Below are positions 48,881-64,000 of a DNA stretch of 64,000 bases, piece after piece; the first letter of the stretch is position 1; the number at the start of each line of letters is the position of its first letter. The translations under genes were made by a program, and so were the position numbers. Under the pieces are notes generated by a model. That model was not told the DNA's origin and ran no database searches. It saw nothing but the letters and a program-made list of their open reading frames with translations. Source of the DNA: the human T2T-CHM13v2.0 reference genome, Homo sapiens; assembly GCF_009914755.1 (NCBI RefSeq), contig NC_060941.1. The stretch is one strand, 5' to 3'.

Positions 48881-51800
48881 AATGCAGGAAAGCAGAAGGA
48901 ATTGCTTGGATGTAGAAATTCTTATTTGGGAATTGTCTGCGGGGAATGAGGAAGAAATAAGTGACAGGTTGTTTTTTTGACCCTCTTCCCTTAGGCAAGT
49001 TCAACTATTAGATTCAGGCAGCCAGGCACAGGGAAATAAATAAAATTTCCTATTTAAGCCTACCTAATAATAATGATTTAATTTCCCTTTTCTTCCCCAC
49101 AATCATGACAAAAGTTGTAGATTTTGCGGACTTTCAGATTCCATTTCTATCTCCTTCCAAGCCATCCTTCTGAAGCAAGATATCTTCTTAATCACTCCTA
49201 TCATTATCAACTTTCAGTGGCTCTCCATGGTTATTAAAGGCCAAACATCTCAAGCATGCAAACATCTCCACAACCCCAACGCTGCCTGCCTTTCCCTTTT
49301 CTTCCGCTGACCTCCCCACATGACCAAACTTCCCTCAATAATGTGGCAGTTACTTGTAAGTTCATGCCCTTGCCCTCCTTTTGGCTTGGTGAACCCTCAT
49401 GGATTCTTCAAAACTGGCTCCAATTGTCACCTTCTTTTGAAGTTTTTGTATCTTCCCATGCCAGAGGCTTTTGATAACCTCCTTATATTGTCTTGGCCTG
49501 GTGTATATACCGGCTTCCAGTTTTGTTTTCATTTCTCTTTCCCTAACTACATTGTGACCATTTGTTATTCCTACTGTGGCCCTACCCCCTAGTAGTGTCA
49601 GTCATAGGACTGATGAACAATAAATATTTGTGGAATCAATGAAGCTCTTGGTAGTTAACCTTTGGCCTTGATAAGGTGGACATGTTTTTATGTATTGGCT
49701 GACGTACCGAAAGAAATCAATGTCAAAGGGAAAAAGTCTTAAATTGTGTTTGTCCTTTGAAATCCAACTCTTTTTTACTTTGTATGGGCTACTTTTATTG
49801 TGACTAAACATCAGTACACAGTCACTGTTTTACATAAACATGGAGCTATAGTAGACATAATTGTTTAAGAAGCGGAATGTAACCATAATAAATGAGGAGG
49901 ACACAATAGTACGGAATAGGCCCCAAGTAGGAGCTAAACAAACCAGACAATGGTAAGATAAAGTGAAAGATAAGGAGATAACACTCACAGGGATATTTGC
50001 CATCATGTAGAAGAGGTATTTCTCCATTGTGTAGGAATACATATGTCACCCAAGTGTCAGTTGTGTGGGTGACCCCAAGTACCCTCACTTTCTGGTCTGA
50101 GCCTGAATTTTAAAATTGAAATAAGATATTGCTATCGAAAAGTCTCACCTGTGTAATTTTGTAGAGTTTACATGTCTTTATGCCCCGTTATGCTTCCTAA
50201 ATATTGCTCCTCATTTCTGCTGTTAACTTTCTTTCTCTCTTTTACTGAAGCTTTGCAGTAATGGAGGGATGATGGCATAGCATCATGTAGATAGCAACTT
50301 GAAACTGAACATTAGATAGCTTTGTGCTGAAATTCATCAGCCATTCTTCACCACAGGGAATATCTTGCTGGTTTGGCGGAGGGCTGACCTTCCTTCTTGT
50401 AGCTCATACCTTCTCCTTATCTCCATTCTCTTCCTATTGTCTTGCCTGAGTTATTCACTGAGATTCAAAGTTCTTCTCACTTAATTGTGCAGTGTTTAAC
50501 TTCTCTTTTAATTTTCCATGTCCTTCCAGACTATGCCCCGGAAAGGTCACGTAGGTGAGGTCCAACACAATGGGTGTTACTTTTTCAGTGAGCAGCATCT
50601 CCATGGATCTGATGCTACTCTGCAAATGTGCAGATGAGACCACAGTTTGCTCTTGTTTCATGTAGCAGTTTTCTTCTTTGGGATACCCATAGAAACAGCT
50701 GCTTTCTAGACTTAGAATTTTCTGAAGCCAAAACCATGAAAATCCAGAATGTCTGACCTGAAAGCAACATTAGAACTCAAACAAATAGAATATGTATATG
50801 TTTTTTATGTTCTTTTTCTTTTGTGTGTACATTTTCAGCAATTTACCCTCATGATATGAAATCCAGAAGTGTAAAGGCAACATGGAAAGCTATTCTTGTA
50901 GCATAAAAATTGGCCATGATTCAAAAATGAATCAGATGCTATCGGCAGGCTTTCTTCAGACCCATTCTTCCTTATTCAATCATGCTTTATGTCACCCCAG
51001 TTTAGTGATTTACTTTTAGTGGAATTTAACTTGAATGTCTTAAAATACCATCATTACATATATTTAGCTTTGGTTACAGTTATAAATTTGTTTAACAAGC
51101 TACATGAAATATATAGTTGGCAATGGTCAAAGTAAATATACCAGTGAGATGCTCATAACTAGTTAGCCTGTTTAAAAAAAATCCTCAGGAATAATAAAAA
51201 AATAAAAAACCAATATAGCTGTCATTAATTGAGTACTCCTATGTGCTACTCTTCCAAGCACTTACTATGTAATAACTACCCCACAACCACCATATGAGGT
51301 AGGTACAAGTAGCATTTCCCTTATACAGTTGAGGAAATGGGGGCATAAAATGTTTAACAACATGTTCAGAAAAAGAAGGACTTAGCACATGGTCTATTGA
51401 GCTACTTTTGGCCTTTGGATCTCATGCTGAATTTTCTGTATTTCAAATGAGATGAAGAAGCTAAAATTCACAGAAGTGAAGATAGTTGCAAAGATGGGTT
51501 CACATCAGCAGACACCCATTTTGGTGCTCTTTGCATTGTAGCACCTGATCCTCCTTTTTTCTCTAAGGGGTTTGGGGTTTCAGTTTTTGCCGAAGAGCAT
51601 GTGTGTTTTGCAGCTATCTGGGAGTAATTAACAAATGACAGCCATAATACTCCAGTAGCTATTTGATTTGTCTGTTGCTAGGAATGCTTTGCCATTGTTT
51701 CCAGAGAATAATTATTATGTATTAACCTGTGCCTGATTCAGGAATGCAGTTGTACATTACAATAAAAAGTTCCACTGCTGTGACCCTCCATTTAACCTCA

Positions 51801-52559
51801 TAAATTCAGTGTATCATTCTCATTATACAGTAAAGCTTAAGCTTTATAGAACTAGAGACTGGTGCAGAAAATAAGATAAAATATCCTCAATATGAATCAT
51901 GTTTTAGTTATCTGAAGTCTCTGGTGCCAAGCCACTTCTCTGTATAGTTAAGCTACAAGTTAATGCAAAAAAAAAAAAAAAAAAGCAAGCTATAATTTTC
52001 AATTCAGTTACAAAAAAAAGCCTATTTAGCAGGATTCTTTTTGTTGATAATAACAGAAATCAATTTTAATTAGTCTAAGCAGGAAGGGAGAATTTAAGAT
52101 AATGAAAGAAGACATGAATGTATTCTGGAAGCCAGCAGCAGAGATGGAGCCGTGACTCAAAAGGGACTAGAGATGGAGAGCCATGAGGAGCCCAGAAAAC
52201 AGGCTTTCTTTATTTTGTCCTCCATTTTTCTCTTCAAATGTCTTTGCAAATATATCTGTATTACTCATCTACTCCTAAGACAATGGCTGAGCCTCAGTTC
52301 TCAAGTTAATATAGTGTCTGTATAAGTGAACTGTCATTGAGATTTTACTTTCAGTCACAACTGTAAATTCCTAAGAAGGGGCTCTGATTGGCTCAATTTG
52401 GTTCTGGTGCTCAGCCATTGTGCACTTAGCTGAGTTCTAGGCAATGGTGTTATGTGACTAAAACATGGCTTCTACCCAGGGGGTAGAATGGAGGGCTGTT
52501 CTTAGAGGAGAAGGAATTATGAGCTGGGCAGACACCACAGAGTTCTCTGTTGTTACCAT

Positions 52560-52932
52560 GCATAGTAGTCCATTTTCATATTCCTATGAAGAAATACCCG
52601 AGACTGTGTAATTTATAAAGAAAAATGGAGTCACAGTTCCACATGGCTGGGGAGGTTTCACAATCATGGCAGAAGGCTAAGGAGGAGCAATGGCCTCCCA
52701 AGTAGCTGGGTCTACAGGCGTCTCACGGGGCAAGAGAGCTCGTGCGGGGGAACTCCTCTTTATAAAACCGTCAGATATCGTGAGACTTATTCACTATCAT
52801 GAGAACAGCACAGGAAAACCCACCCCCATGATTCAATTACCTCCCACCAGGTCCCTCCCACAACATGTGGGGATTATGGGAGCTATAATTCAAGATGAGA
52901 TTTGGGTGGGGACACGGATAAACCATATGACC
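52560..52932. mobile_element. THE1/MST MaLR LTR
   Basis: TAGTCCATTTTCAT...GAAATACCCGAGACTG...GAGATTTGGGTGGGGACAC. Confidence 0.85.
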
Positions 52933-53632
52933 ATGTAACTAGGTCTCAGTGTAAAACAGCCCTTAGAAATTCAAGGACTATGTCAAATTCAAGAATATTA
53001 TCTCTTTTATCTAACTAGGCATATTTGTAGACTAGATGGCTTGAGTATGTAATTAAGTCAACATATTTTAAAATCAGCCTGAATAAACCAAAATGTTAAT
53101 TGGAATCTACGGCAAACCAAAAAATAGAATGAATCCCAAAGCTAAGTGGAAGTGTTGTGGATTATTCTTGATACCACACCATTAATTTGTGGGGATAATT
53201 GGGATGCATCCAAGCTTTTAGTCTTGCTGATGATGTTTAAGAGTTAAATTAGATGACCACATTTCCTGCTGTAATTGTTGGTCAGATCCTTGGAAATGGT
53301 AGGGTTTTCACATGCTTCCATATAATTATAGAAATCAATCTAGGGGATGCACAAAAAGAGAAAAAGGAATTTCTTGTTATGTTCTTAGTGTAAATTTTGT
53401 ATTCTCCTATGACCTGAAAGATACTTGATGGGTCATCTGGTCTGATCCCCTCATTTTACAGATGGAAAATGAAGCGGAGAGAGGAGAAGTGACTAGCCTT
53501 GTTGTCAAATGACACATGAGTAACAGATCCAGGACTAAAATCCTAGATTCCAGTCTTTTATTATGTCCTACTATAAAAACTAGGATTCACAAAACATATG
53601 ATAGTACTGCTAGGTAGTTATATTTTCACTAG

Positions 53633-53944
53633 TTTTGTTGGTGTTGTTGTTGTTTGAGACAGAGTCTCACTCTGTCACCCAGGCTGGAGTGCAGTGGCAC
53701 CATCTCAGCTCACTGCAACCTCTGCCTTCTGGGTTCAAGTGATTCTCTGCCTCAGCCTCCCAAGTAGCTGGGACTACAGGTGTGCACCACCACGCCTGGC
53801 TAATTTTTGTATTTTTTGTAGAAAGGCAGTTTTGCCATGTTGGCCAGGCTGGTTTCGAATTCCTGGCCTCAAGTGATCCACCCTGTCTTGGCCTCCCAAA
53901 GTGCTGGGATGAGCCACTGTGCCCATGAGCCACTGCGCCCAGCC
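53633..53944 (-). mobile_element. Alu with (TTG)n tail
   Basis: Antisense dimer; TSD TATTTTCACTAGTTTT. Confidence 0.92.
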
Positions 53945-55092
53945 TATTTTCACTAGTTTTTAAATTGCTTTTTTCTCCAACATCTGGACTTTACTTATTC
54001 AGTATAATATTTTTTCAGGCCCTGAGTATAAATTCTTTGGATAATTTTCTGGCTAATTTAACTTACCTGTAGCAATACTCAGCAGCACAGACGATTAGAT
54101 AATAAAGAAAAAAATTTTCTAACTATTATTTTGGCAAAGGACTAGGTTTAAATTTTCTTAATTACAGAAGAAAAAACAGCAAACAAATAGCATTTTAGTT
54201 TGGAGTAAATTTGTTCTTCACTACAAATTGTTCAGATATCTATAAGGACAAATTTCCATATTATAATTTTGTGTGTTGCAACTATAAAAATACTTTATCT
54301 TAAATGCCTTTTATCCTTGTTTTCCCCACTCCATCAAGAAAGACTCAAAGAAGAACTGGGCTTTAGATTAGAAGTTAAAAACTGGCTCATAGATTTATAT
54401 GTGCACAGTGCTCTTTCAATCTTTCTGTTTTCATTGTTCATAACGAACAGAGGAAATATGACTAAAGAGATTTTACTGATCCAAAGATGCTAAATTCCAA
54501 TATGCATTCTGAATTTCAAATAATTTGGGAAATGAAGCATGATGATAAACAGGAAAATGAAAAAAAAAATGTAAGTGTAATGTGCCAACCTTCCTTGGCC
54601 AAATGGTCTGGGGTTAGAGTTCTGAATTCCTGGATTGTAATTTATCTGATTTTTAAATGTATATAACATTAATTTGCTTTTTCAATTCTACAGAATAAAT
54701 TGATTCTCAAATTAATATTTTTAATTTCAAGAACAAGTTTCTAAACAATAAAAAAGAGCTTTTATTATAATTTTAAGTAAGATCCTTGGTGATTATAATT
54801 AAAAAATTAATTAAAATTATTATCAAAGAACAACAGAATCATATTGTAAAAAAAAAAAAAAAAGAACTACAGGGGTCCTGCTCCCTAACATTGAGTCATG
54901 TTCCCCAGAAACATAAACTTTCAACTCTTAGCTGACTCTTCTGAATTTTAACCCCATATTTCTAAATGTGCTAAAAATGTATTAATTTTTTTTCAGTCGT
55001 AGACATTATTTTATTGATTGACTTTCTGTACACAGTTTTTCAACTCCCTGAGCTACAGCTGTCGCAGTATTTGCATAGTCATAATATTATGA

Positions 55093-55478
<386 letters not shown>

Positions 55479-55510
55479 AAGTAAGGGACTTTGGTATACA
55501 TGGATCTAAA

Positions 55511-55680
55511 TTTTTGTTTTGTTTTGTTTTTTGAGACAGGGTCTTACTCTCATTCAGGCTGGAGTGCCGTGGTGCAATCATAGCTCGCTGCAGCCTCGAA
55601 CTCCTGGGCTCACGTGATCTTTCTGCCTCAGCCTCCTAAGCAGCTGGGACTACATGCGTGCACCACCATGCTCAGCTAAA
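55511..55680 (-). mobile_element. Alu right-arm/FRAM-like fragment
   Basis: Antisense monomer. Confidence 0.8.
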
Positions 55681-56589
55681 TGCTTTTTTTCCATCATCAA
55701 TGGATGAAATAATATCTAAAATAAGAAAACAATGATCAAGCATTTAAAAGAAAGAAAAGGAATGGAATCACTGGGCAGATTCTGCTCCTTGATGAATATA
55801 TTTGTTTCTAATTAAAATGTATATTTTAAATCAAAGAAATACACAATTACATGTTTCTCTTTTGAACAACTTTTTGTTTTTCCCAGCATTAATCATTGCC
55901 TAAATTTTTGATTAGCCCTTTTTCCCATATTTCTGTCACTAATTCATTCTATAGTCCACTAGTTGAATATGTTTTTTCAGCACAATCAACATTTCAGATA
56001 GTCTATCAGTTCTTTTTTTTTTTTTTTTTATGGAGTCACCCTGTTGGAACTTTCTATTCTCTTGTGCCAATCTTGACAGGTCTCTAGGCTTGATGACCAG
56101 CGAACATCCTGCGACTTCCCTAACTTCATACTGGAATTTCTTCCCCTTCCTGTGTGAGATCCTCTATTTCCTGGATCCTCTGTCTTGGGCTACTTTCTCA
56201 TTTTGTAGATTTTATTTTCCAGGCACTTGTTAAGAGGGGGTGCTTGACCATTAAATTTCTTGAGACAGTATCTCACATATCTGAAAACATTTTTATTCTA
56301 CCCTCTTATGTGATTAATAGCATGTGTGTACATGCATATGTGCTTGTGTAGAGAATTCTATGTGGAAACCGATTATTTCTCCGAATCTTGAAGACATTAC
56401 TTCTTTGTCTTTAAGCTTCAAGAGTTCCTGTAAAGAAGGCTGATATTATTCACAATATTTTATATATACTATTTTTTTTCCCCTGAATTTGAATTTTCAC
56501 AATGATGTGTGTTAATGTGGGTTTGTAAAAAATTCATTGTGCTGGATACTCAGTGCAATATTTTAATCTGCAGATTTCTGTCTCTTTTC

Positions 56590-57003
56590 TATTTCAATAG
56601 GTTTTTGGGGAACAAGTGGTGTTTGGTTGCATGAATAGTGGTAATTTCTGAGATTTCGGTGCACCCATCACCCAACCAGTATACATTGTACTCAATGTAT
56701 AGTCTTTTATCCCTCACCCCCTCTTCCACTCTTTCTCCCCAAATCCCCAAAGTCCATTGTATTATTCCTATGTCTTTGCATCTTCATAGCTTAGCTCCCA
56801 CTTCTGAGTGAGAACATACAATATTCGGTTTTCCATTCCTGAGGTAGTTCACTTAGAATCAATGGTCTCCAATTCCATCCAGGTTACTGCAAATGCCATT
56901 ATTTTGTTTCTTTTTGTGGTTGAGTAGTATTCCATGGTGTGTGTATATATCACATTTTCTTTATCCACTCATTGATTGATGGGCATTTGGGCTGGTTCCA
57001 TAT
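56590..57003 (-). mobile_element. L1PB/MA 3' fragment
   Basis: GGTTTTTGGGGAACAAGTGGTGTTTGGTTGCATGAATA...GATGGGCATTTGGGCTGGTTCCA. Confidence 0.8.
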
Positions 57004-58000
57004 AATCTATAAATCTCTATCTTTCAGTACCAGAGCATTTTTTCTTGAGTTATTTCTTAAACTTCTCTCCTCCAAGAAAACCTGAATCTCTATGGGTGGG
57101 CTAGGGCTTGCTGACTTCATTTTAGAGAGACTAGGAATGGACCTGGCTGATTTGTTGGGGGAATTCTCAAAACTCCTGAGCCTCTCAGTTTCCCCATAGA
57201 GGAACTCTTCAATTTCCTGACTAGGTGTTATAAGCCTGGCTACCAATGTTGAGAAACCAAGTGGAAGAAGAGAGCTGATTGGTTATTCTCCAAACGACAA
57301 ACTTCCTGTGTGTGTTTTTGTTTGTTTGTTTGTTTGTTTTTGCTAGACTGAAGAAGGGATAGGTAACCAGTTTGATGAATGGTGGAGGAAGTTGGGGAGT
57401 ATAACTCCTTCTTATATAATCCTGAAATCCCATCCTTCATCTTGAAGTTTTGAGACAGCTAGTGACACAATATTCTGAGCCTCTCTGAGGTTCTTTGAAA
57501 TGAGTTGCTTGGATCTTCTTGGCTTTCTCTTCTGTAACCTAGATTTCTATCAAATCTATTAAGCCAATTACTACTTAATCATTCTTTTCAAGTTCCAATA
57601 TTTTGCTGACATCTTTTATATACTATTATCATCTCTATCATTCTTTTTATTCCTGTGTATTTATATAATTTTAATTTATATCTATTTAGTTCTTTTATTT
57701 TCTTCCCTTTTGGAAGATTGATGGAAAGAGAGATAAATAGATATGTTCTTCCACCATATTTATTCTTTAGGGGAATCAGGACTTGACCCTACTGTGCTGA
57801 CTACTTGACTCAGTTCTTATATTTTTGATTTCAATGATTTGTTTTGGCAGGCTAATCTCTAATGTTTTCTCCACATTGTAATATCAAATAGCTATTGAGA
57901 GAAATATTGTACCTGGCTGCTTAACTTGCTTTTCTGATTATAATTCTCTCTAATTTCTCTTATTTCTTGCAAGTCATAGTAAAAAAAAGATGCAAAATTA

Positions 58001-58372
<372 letters not shown>

Positions 58373-59269
58373 TCACCAAATATAAAATATTGCACTGAGG
58401 TTCAAAATGCTGATTATAGAAGATAGGATGAAGACTCCTATCATAGTTAGCTGTTCACATGAAAACAAGTTGAGAGTTTAAACGGTATATGTGACACACA
58501 TTTTGCCAATGTTATTAAGAAAACAAATGTATTTATAGGTTGCAATGTATAAGTATATAATTTAAGTTTTAAAAGATCAGACCACACCTAGAATTTTGTG
58601 CTTATTCTCAATATAGTACTCTATTTTTAAAAGGGAGATTTTCAGCAGAAGTATATCCAAATAAAAGTGTTTAGGATGGTGACAATTTCTGGAAGCAGGT
58701 CCCATGGGGAATGATTAATTTTACCATAGACAGCCTGGAGAAGGGATAATATGATCTAAAATATTTGAAGGGCTATCAAGTGGGAGAGGGAGCAGATTAA
58801 TTTAGTCTCATTCTAAAGGTCAAAAATAAGATGAATTTAGTGATTCATATCTAACGGGAGCTCTCCTGTTAGATATGAATTCTTAGGAAGACAGACTCTT
58901 GAAAAGATTCCTCTTTGAGGCGAGGTTTTGAACCAGACACTTGAATCATCTGTCAACATCCTTTTAATGAATAACTTGTTGGAAAAGTGCCTTTGAAAAC
59001 ATTTATGGCTTCCTGTGACTTGGCTTAATTTGGAAAACACGTGGTTACTTTGTCTTCAACAGATTCCTTGCAGTCACCTTGAATTCATGAATGATGTGAT
59101 TGACTTTTGGTCTACAGCTTTCGATAGTGAGTCCCTCAGTGAAGACCTTCCCTATCACATTTTTTATTCTCAGCCCTTTTCTCCTGTCTACTTTTCTTTT
59201 ATGTTATTCTATTTAATTTAATTTTTATTTTTAATTTATTTTTAAATTTTAAATATAATTTTATATATT

Positions 59270-59530
59270 TAAAAATATTGTTTGTAGTTATTTGTAATTA
59301 TTATGGATACATAATAATTGTACATATTTATGGGGCTACATGTGATATTTTGATACAAGCATACAATGTGTAATAATCAAGTCAGGGTAACTGGAATATC
59401 CATCACCTCAAGCATTTATTATTTCTTTGTGTTAGGAACATTTTGATTCTACTATTTTAGTTATTTTGAAATATACAATACATTATTGTTGACTATAATC
59501 ACCCTATTCTGCTACCAAACACTAGATTAT
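59270..59530 (-). mobile_element. L1MA 3' end fragment
   Basis: GTACATATTTATGGGGCTACATGTGATATTTTGATACAAGCATACAATGTGTAATAATCAA. Confidence 0.75.
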
Positions 59531-59931
59531 TTGTTTTAAAATCTTTATTAAGCTATAACCGACATATGATAAACCAAGAATATAAAGTGTACAATTTGAC
59601 AAATTTAGACATATGTATACACATAAAATTCTTTTGTTTTTCTAATTTGATGATCTCTTACCTTTGAGATGTTTAGACTAATTACATTTAGTAATTGATG
59701 ATTAATGATTGTTATGCTTCAGTTTAAATATGCCATCTTGCTGTTTGTTTTGTATTTGTATCATCTATTTTTTTATTCCTATTTTGTGCCTTCTTTTGGG
59801 TTATTACAAGTGTATTTTCATTCCTCCTTGCCTTATCTTTGTGCTATTTTTGCCACATATATTACTTCTACCTAAGTTATATATGTCATACTGCATTCTT
59901 CTTATTTTGACTTAAACCAATCTTCTGGTGA

Positions 59932-60282
<351 letters not shown>

Positions 60283-60514
60283 TCTTTTATAAGTCTGAGA
60301 AAGTCTTTATTATACATTTTTGTGAATGGTACTTTTTCAGGTTTAGAATTTTAAGGTGTGAGGGTTTTCTTCTTTCGGTATTCTAAAGATGTTGTTCCAC
60401 TGTATTCTAGCTTGCATTGTTACTGAACAGGAGTCAGCTATTATTATTTACATTACTTTATATATAACATGTCTTTTTCTCTCTGGCTGCTTTTAAGATT
60501 TTTTTTTATCACCG

Positions 60515-60846
<332 letters not shown>

Positions 60847-61412
60847 TTATGATATTTTATGGTTTACTTTTTTTGTGCTTTGGATTCATTGAGCTCCTTA
60901 AATCTGTGGGTTTATAGTGTTCATTACATTTGGAAAAAAATTACACTTTTTTGCTTCAAAAATTTTTTTCCTATTTATTCCTCTCTCTCTTCTCCTTCAG
61001 CAATTCTAATTACATCTTATTAGGCCTCTTGAAGTTGTCCCACAGCTTGCTAATGTTCTATTTATTTTTTGTCTGCCGTGCATGCACGCGCGCGCGTGTG
61101 TTTGTGTGTGTGTGTACTTCATTTTGGATAGTTGCTATTGTTGTATCTTCAGTTTACTGGTATTTTCTTTCACAATGTGTAATCTGTTATTAATTCCATA
61201 TAGTACATTTTTAATCTCAGAAATTGTTGTTTTCATCTCTAGAAGATTAATTTGGGTCTTTTGGAAAATATTTTTTATATATCTACAAAACATGATTAGT
61301 TTTACACCTATCATCTTGAACACATTAAATATCATTAACAATTATTATTCTAATGTCTTTTTATACTAATTTTATTATCTTTTTCTTTTCTGGGTCTGTT
61401 TCTATTGATTAA

Positions 61413-61711
61413 TTTTTTTTCTTTTTTAAAATTATACTTAAAGCTCTGGGGTACATGTGCAGAACGTGCAGTTTTGTTACATAGGTATACACGTGGCATG
61501 GTGATTTGCTGCACCCATCAACCCATCACCTACGTTAGGTATTTCTCCTAATGTTATCCTTCCCCTAGCCCCCCCACCCCCTGACAGGCCCCGGTGTGTG
61601 ATGTTTCCCTCCCTATGTCCATGTGTTCTCATTGTTCAACTCCCACTTATGAGTGAGAACATGCAGTGTTTGGTTTTCTGTTCTTGTGACAGTTTGCTGA
61701 GAATGATGGTT
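61413..61711 (-). mobile_element. 5'-truncated L1PA 3' end
   Basis: ATTATACTTAAAGCTCTGGGGTACATGTGCAGAACGTGCAG...TTTGCTGAGAATGATGGTT; TTAATTTTT flanks. Confidence 0.88.
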
Positions 61712-62602
61712 TAATTTTTGTCCTTAGCATAGGCCATTTTTTCTTGCTTCTTTGCATGCCTGGTAATTTTTGATTGTATACCAGACATTGTGTAATTGTT
61801 GGGTGCTGGTTATCTTTATATTCTATATCTTGTATCTTATATTTTTATATTCTAGTAAATATTTTTACCTGGTTTTGGAACACAGTTACATTATTAGCAA
61901 GTAGTTTGATCTTTCTGAGGCTTGCTTTTAAGCATTTTAAGGTAGGACTAGACTGGCCTTTGATCCTGAACTAAATTTTCCCTTTACTGAGGCAATGCCT
62001 TTCTGAATGCTCCACCTAATGGACTATGAATTACAAGGTGTTCTACTCTGCCTGGTGAGAACATGGACTATTCTTGGATTTGTGAGCCCTAGCAGTGGTT
62101 ACTTGTGCTCTTTTTTGGATGTTCCTTCCATAGTCTCATACAGTTTTCTCACATGCATGCACCTGTCAATATGCAGCTGAACATTTGAGGGGGACCTTTT
62201 GAATATTTCTGGAGCTCAATCTTTTTCTCTGCGCGCATAATTTCTCTCCAGGGACCTGTCTTGCAAATTCTAGCCACCTTTGCCTTCTCAGACACCGAGC
62301 TCTCTCTCCTCAATTCAGGGTGACAGCTGGGCTCTGCGTGGGTGCTACACCCCTGCAGTGTTGCCTGGACAGAAGTATCTGTTCGGGCAGTAAACTAGGG
62401 CAACAGTGATTACCTTGTTTGTTTCTCTGAGTTTCAAGTATCTCTGTCCTATAGTGCCTGATGTCTACTGCTTGAAAACCACTGTTACATGTTTGTTTTT
62501 TTTGGTTGTTTAGTGAAAGAGTAAATCCAATCACCTGTTACTCCATCTTGGTTATATGTAAAACTCCTGTTGTTCTATTTTTGTGATAAAATTTAAGTTC
62601 CA

Positions 62603-62942
62603 GGCCATGCGTGGTGGCCCGGGCTCATACCTGTAATCCCAGCACTTTGGGAGGCTGAGACGGGTAGATGACTTTGAGGCCAGGAGTTTGAGACCAGACT
62701 GGCCAACATGGCAAAACCCCATCTCTACTAAAAATACAAAAATTAGCCAGGCATGGTGATGTGTGCTTGTAAGCCCAGCTACTCGGGAGGCTGAGGCAGG
62801 ATAATTGTTTTAACCTGGGAGGCAGAGGTTTCAGTGAGCTGAGATTGTGCCACTACACTCCAGCCTGGGCAACAGAGCGAGACGCTGTCTCAAAAACAAA
62901 ACAAAACAAAACAAAACAAAACAAAACAAAACAAAACAAAAC
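62603..62942 (+). mobile_element. Alu with long (CAAAA)n tail
   Basis: Sense dimer; TSD AATTTAAGTTCC. Confidence 0.92.
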
Positions 62943-63212
62943 ACAATTTAAGTTCCTTGGCTCTGAACCACTGACTTCTACTTCGGAATGCTTACATAGG
63001 CTGCTTTAGGTGGCAGCATTAGGCATCATGTCATCATTCCTAACTTTACAAAAGCTATTATGAGGATCCTTATTTCTAGCATGTGTAAAGTAGTCCCATT
63101 CCTACCTCAACAGATGTTTGATGAGTGCTAGATCCCTGATACTTGGGATGAAACGGTGAAGAAGATAGATAAAACCCTTTCCTTTAAAAAGAAAAATTTA
63201 AATAAATAATAC

Positions 63213-63520
63213 GGGCCGGGTGCAGTGGCTCATGCCTGTAATCCCAGTACTTTGGGAGGCTGAGGTGGGTGCATCACGAGGTCAGGAGTTCGAGACCAGC
63301 CTGACCAACATGGTGAAACCCCATCTCTACTAAAAATACAAAAAATTAGCCAGGCATGGTGGCATGTACTTAGAGTCCCAGCTACTCAGGAGGCTGAGGC
63401 AGGAGAATTGCTAGAACACGGGAGGTGGAGGTTGTAGTTAGCCGAGATCGCACCACTGCACTCCAGCTTGGGCGACAGAGTGAGGCTCCGTCTCAAAAAA
63501 AAAATAAAAAAAAAAATAAA
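63213..63520 (+). mobile_element. Alu (AluSg-like)
   Basis: Sense dimer; TSD AAATAAATAATACG. Confidence 0.92.
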
Positions 63521-63864
63521 TAAATAATACGATAGCTCCCTATCAGTACTTTTTTACATTATTTATTATTCTTTGCCACCTGATATACCATATGTCCATC
63601 AGTTTATTTTTTGGTTTTACTCCAGGGAAATCGTAAGCTCCGTGAGAATAAGGACTTTATTTTCTTTCATTTCAAGTGGTTGTTTAACATACAGATTTTT
63701 GACCCCTTCCTCAGATTTATGGATACTGAATTTCTGAGGGTGAGGCCTGAAAATTAAAAATTTTAGCAATATTCCCGGATAATTTGTGCCGACTCTGTGG
63801 TTGGTGAACCACTGGTTTAGGGTATAGTAAAGGTTGAAAGGAAATTTAGTCATAAGCTGAGTAA

Positions 63865-64000
63865 TGACCTTTTGGCCAACGATCAACAGCGTATATAGTG
63901 GTCCTGTAAGATTATGATATCGTATTTTTACTGTACCTTTCCTATGTTTAGATACACAAATACTATTGTGTTACATTTGCCTACAGTATTTGGTACAGGT
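63865..64000. mobile_element. Tigger3/MER7-like DNA transposon fossil
   Basis: GTGGTCCTGTAAGATTAT...TACTGTACCTTTCCTATGTTTAGATACACAAATAC. Confidence 0.65.

Overview
Primate (most likely human) genomic DNA that is rich in repeats (about 40 Alus, L1, L2, MIR, MaLR/ERVL LTRs, DNA transposon fossils). The only host coding sequence I can support is a 93-aa single-pass membrane microprotein on the minus strand (29148-29429), which I recognise as SMIM36. Its whole CDS lies in one exon with a strong acceptor at 29456 and a predicted donor at 28974, 174 nt after the stop, so much of the left half of the window is probably 3'-UTR intron. The most striking structure is a full-length L1PA2/PA3-type LINE-1 (19816-25850, + strand). 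It has an intact ORF1 and ORF0, and its ORF2 is disabled by a frameshift and a stop. Its 15-bp target-site duplication (TSD) GAAATACATACATTC reappears only at 26450-26464, after about 580 bp of extra unique sequence with its own AATAAA and A-rich tail. This is an L1 3' transduction, and the carried DNA begins with promoter-type motifs including a perfect NRF1 palindrome. The L1 sits at the edge of a ~1.8-kb almost pure-AT palindromic tandem array. Other observations: two divergent CTCF motifs, a CRX/OTX2-type motif cluster next to the SMIM36 exon, a nested Alu left monomer that seeded a (CA)n repeat, closely spaced inverted Alus, and several small local duplications. Repeat boundaries and subfamilies were assigned by eye and are approximate. 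Most ORFs in the supplied track are Alu/L1-derived or chance ORFs.
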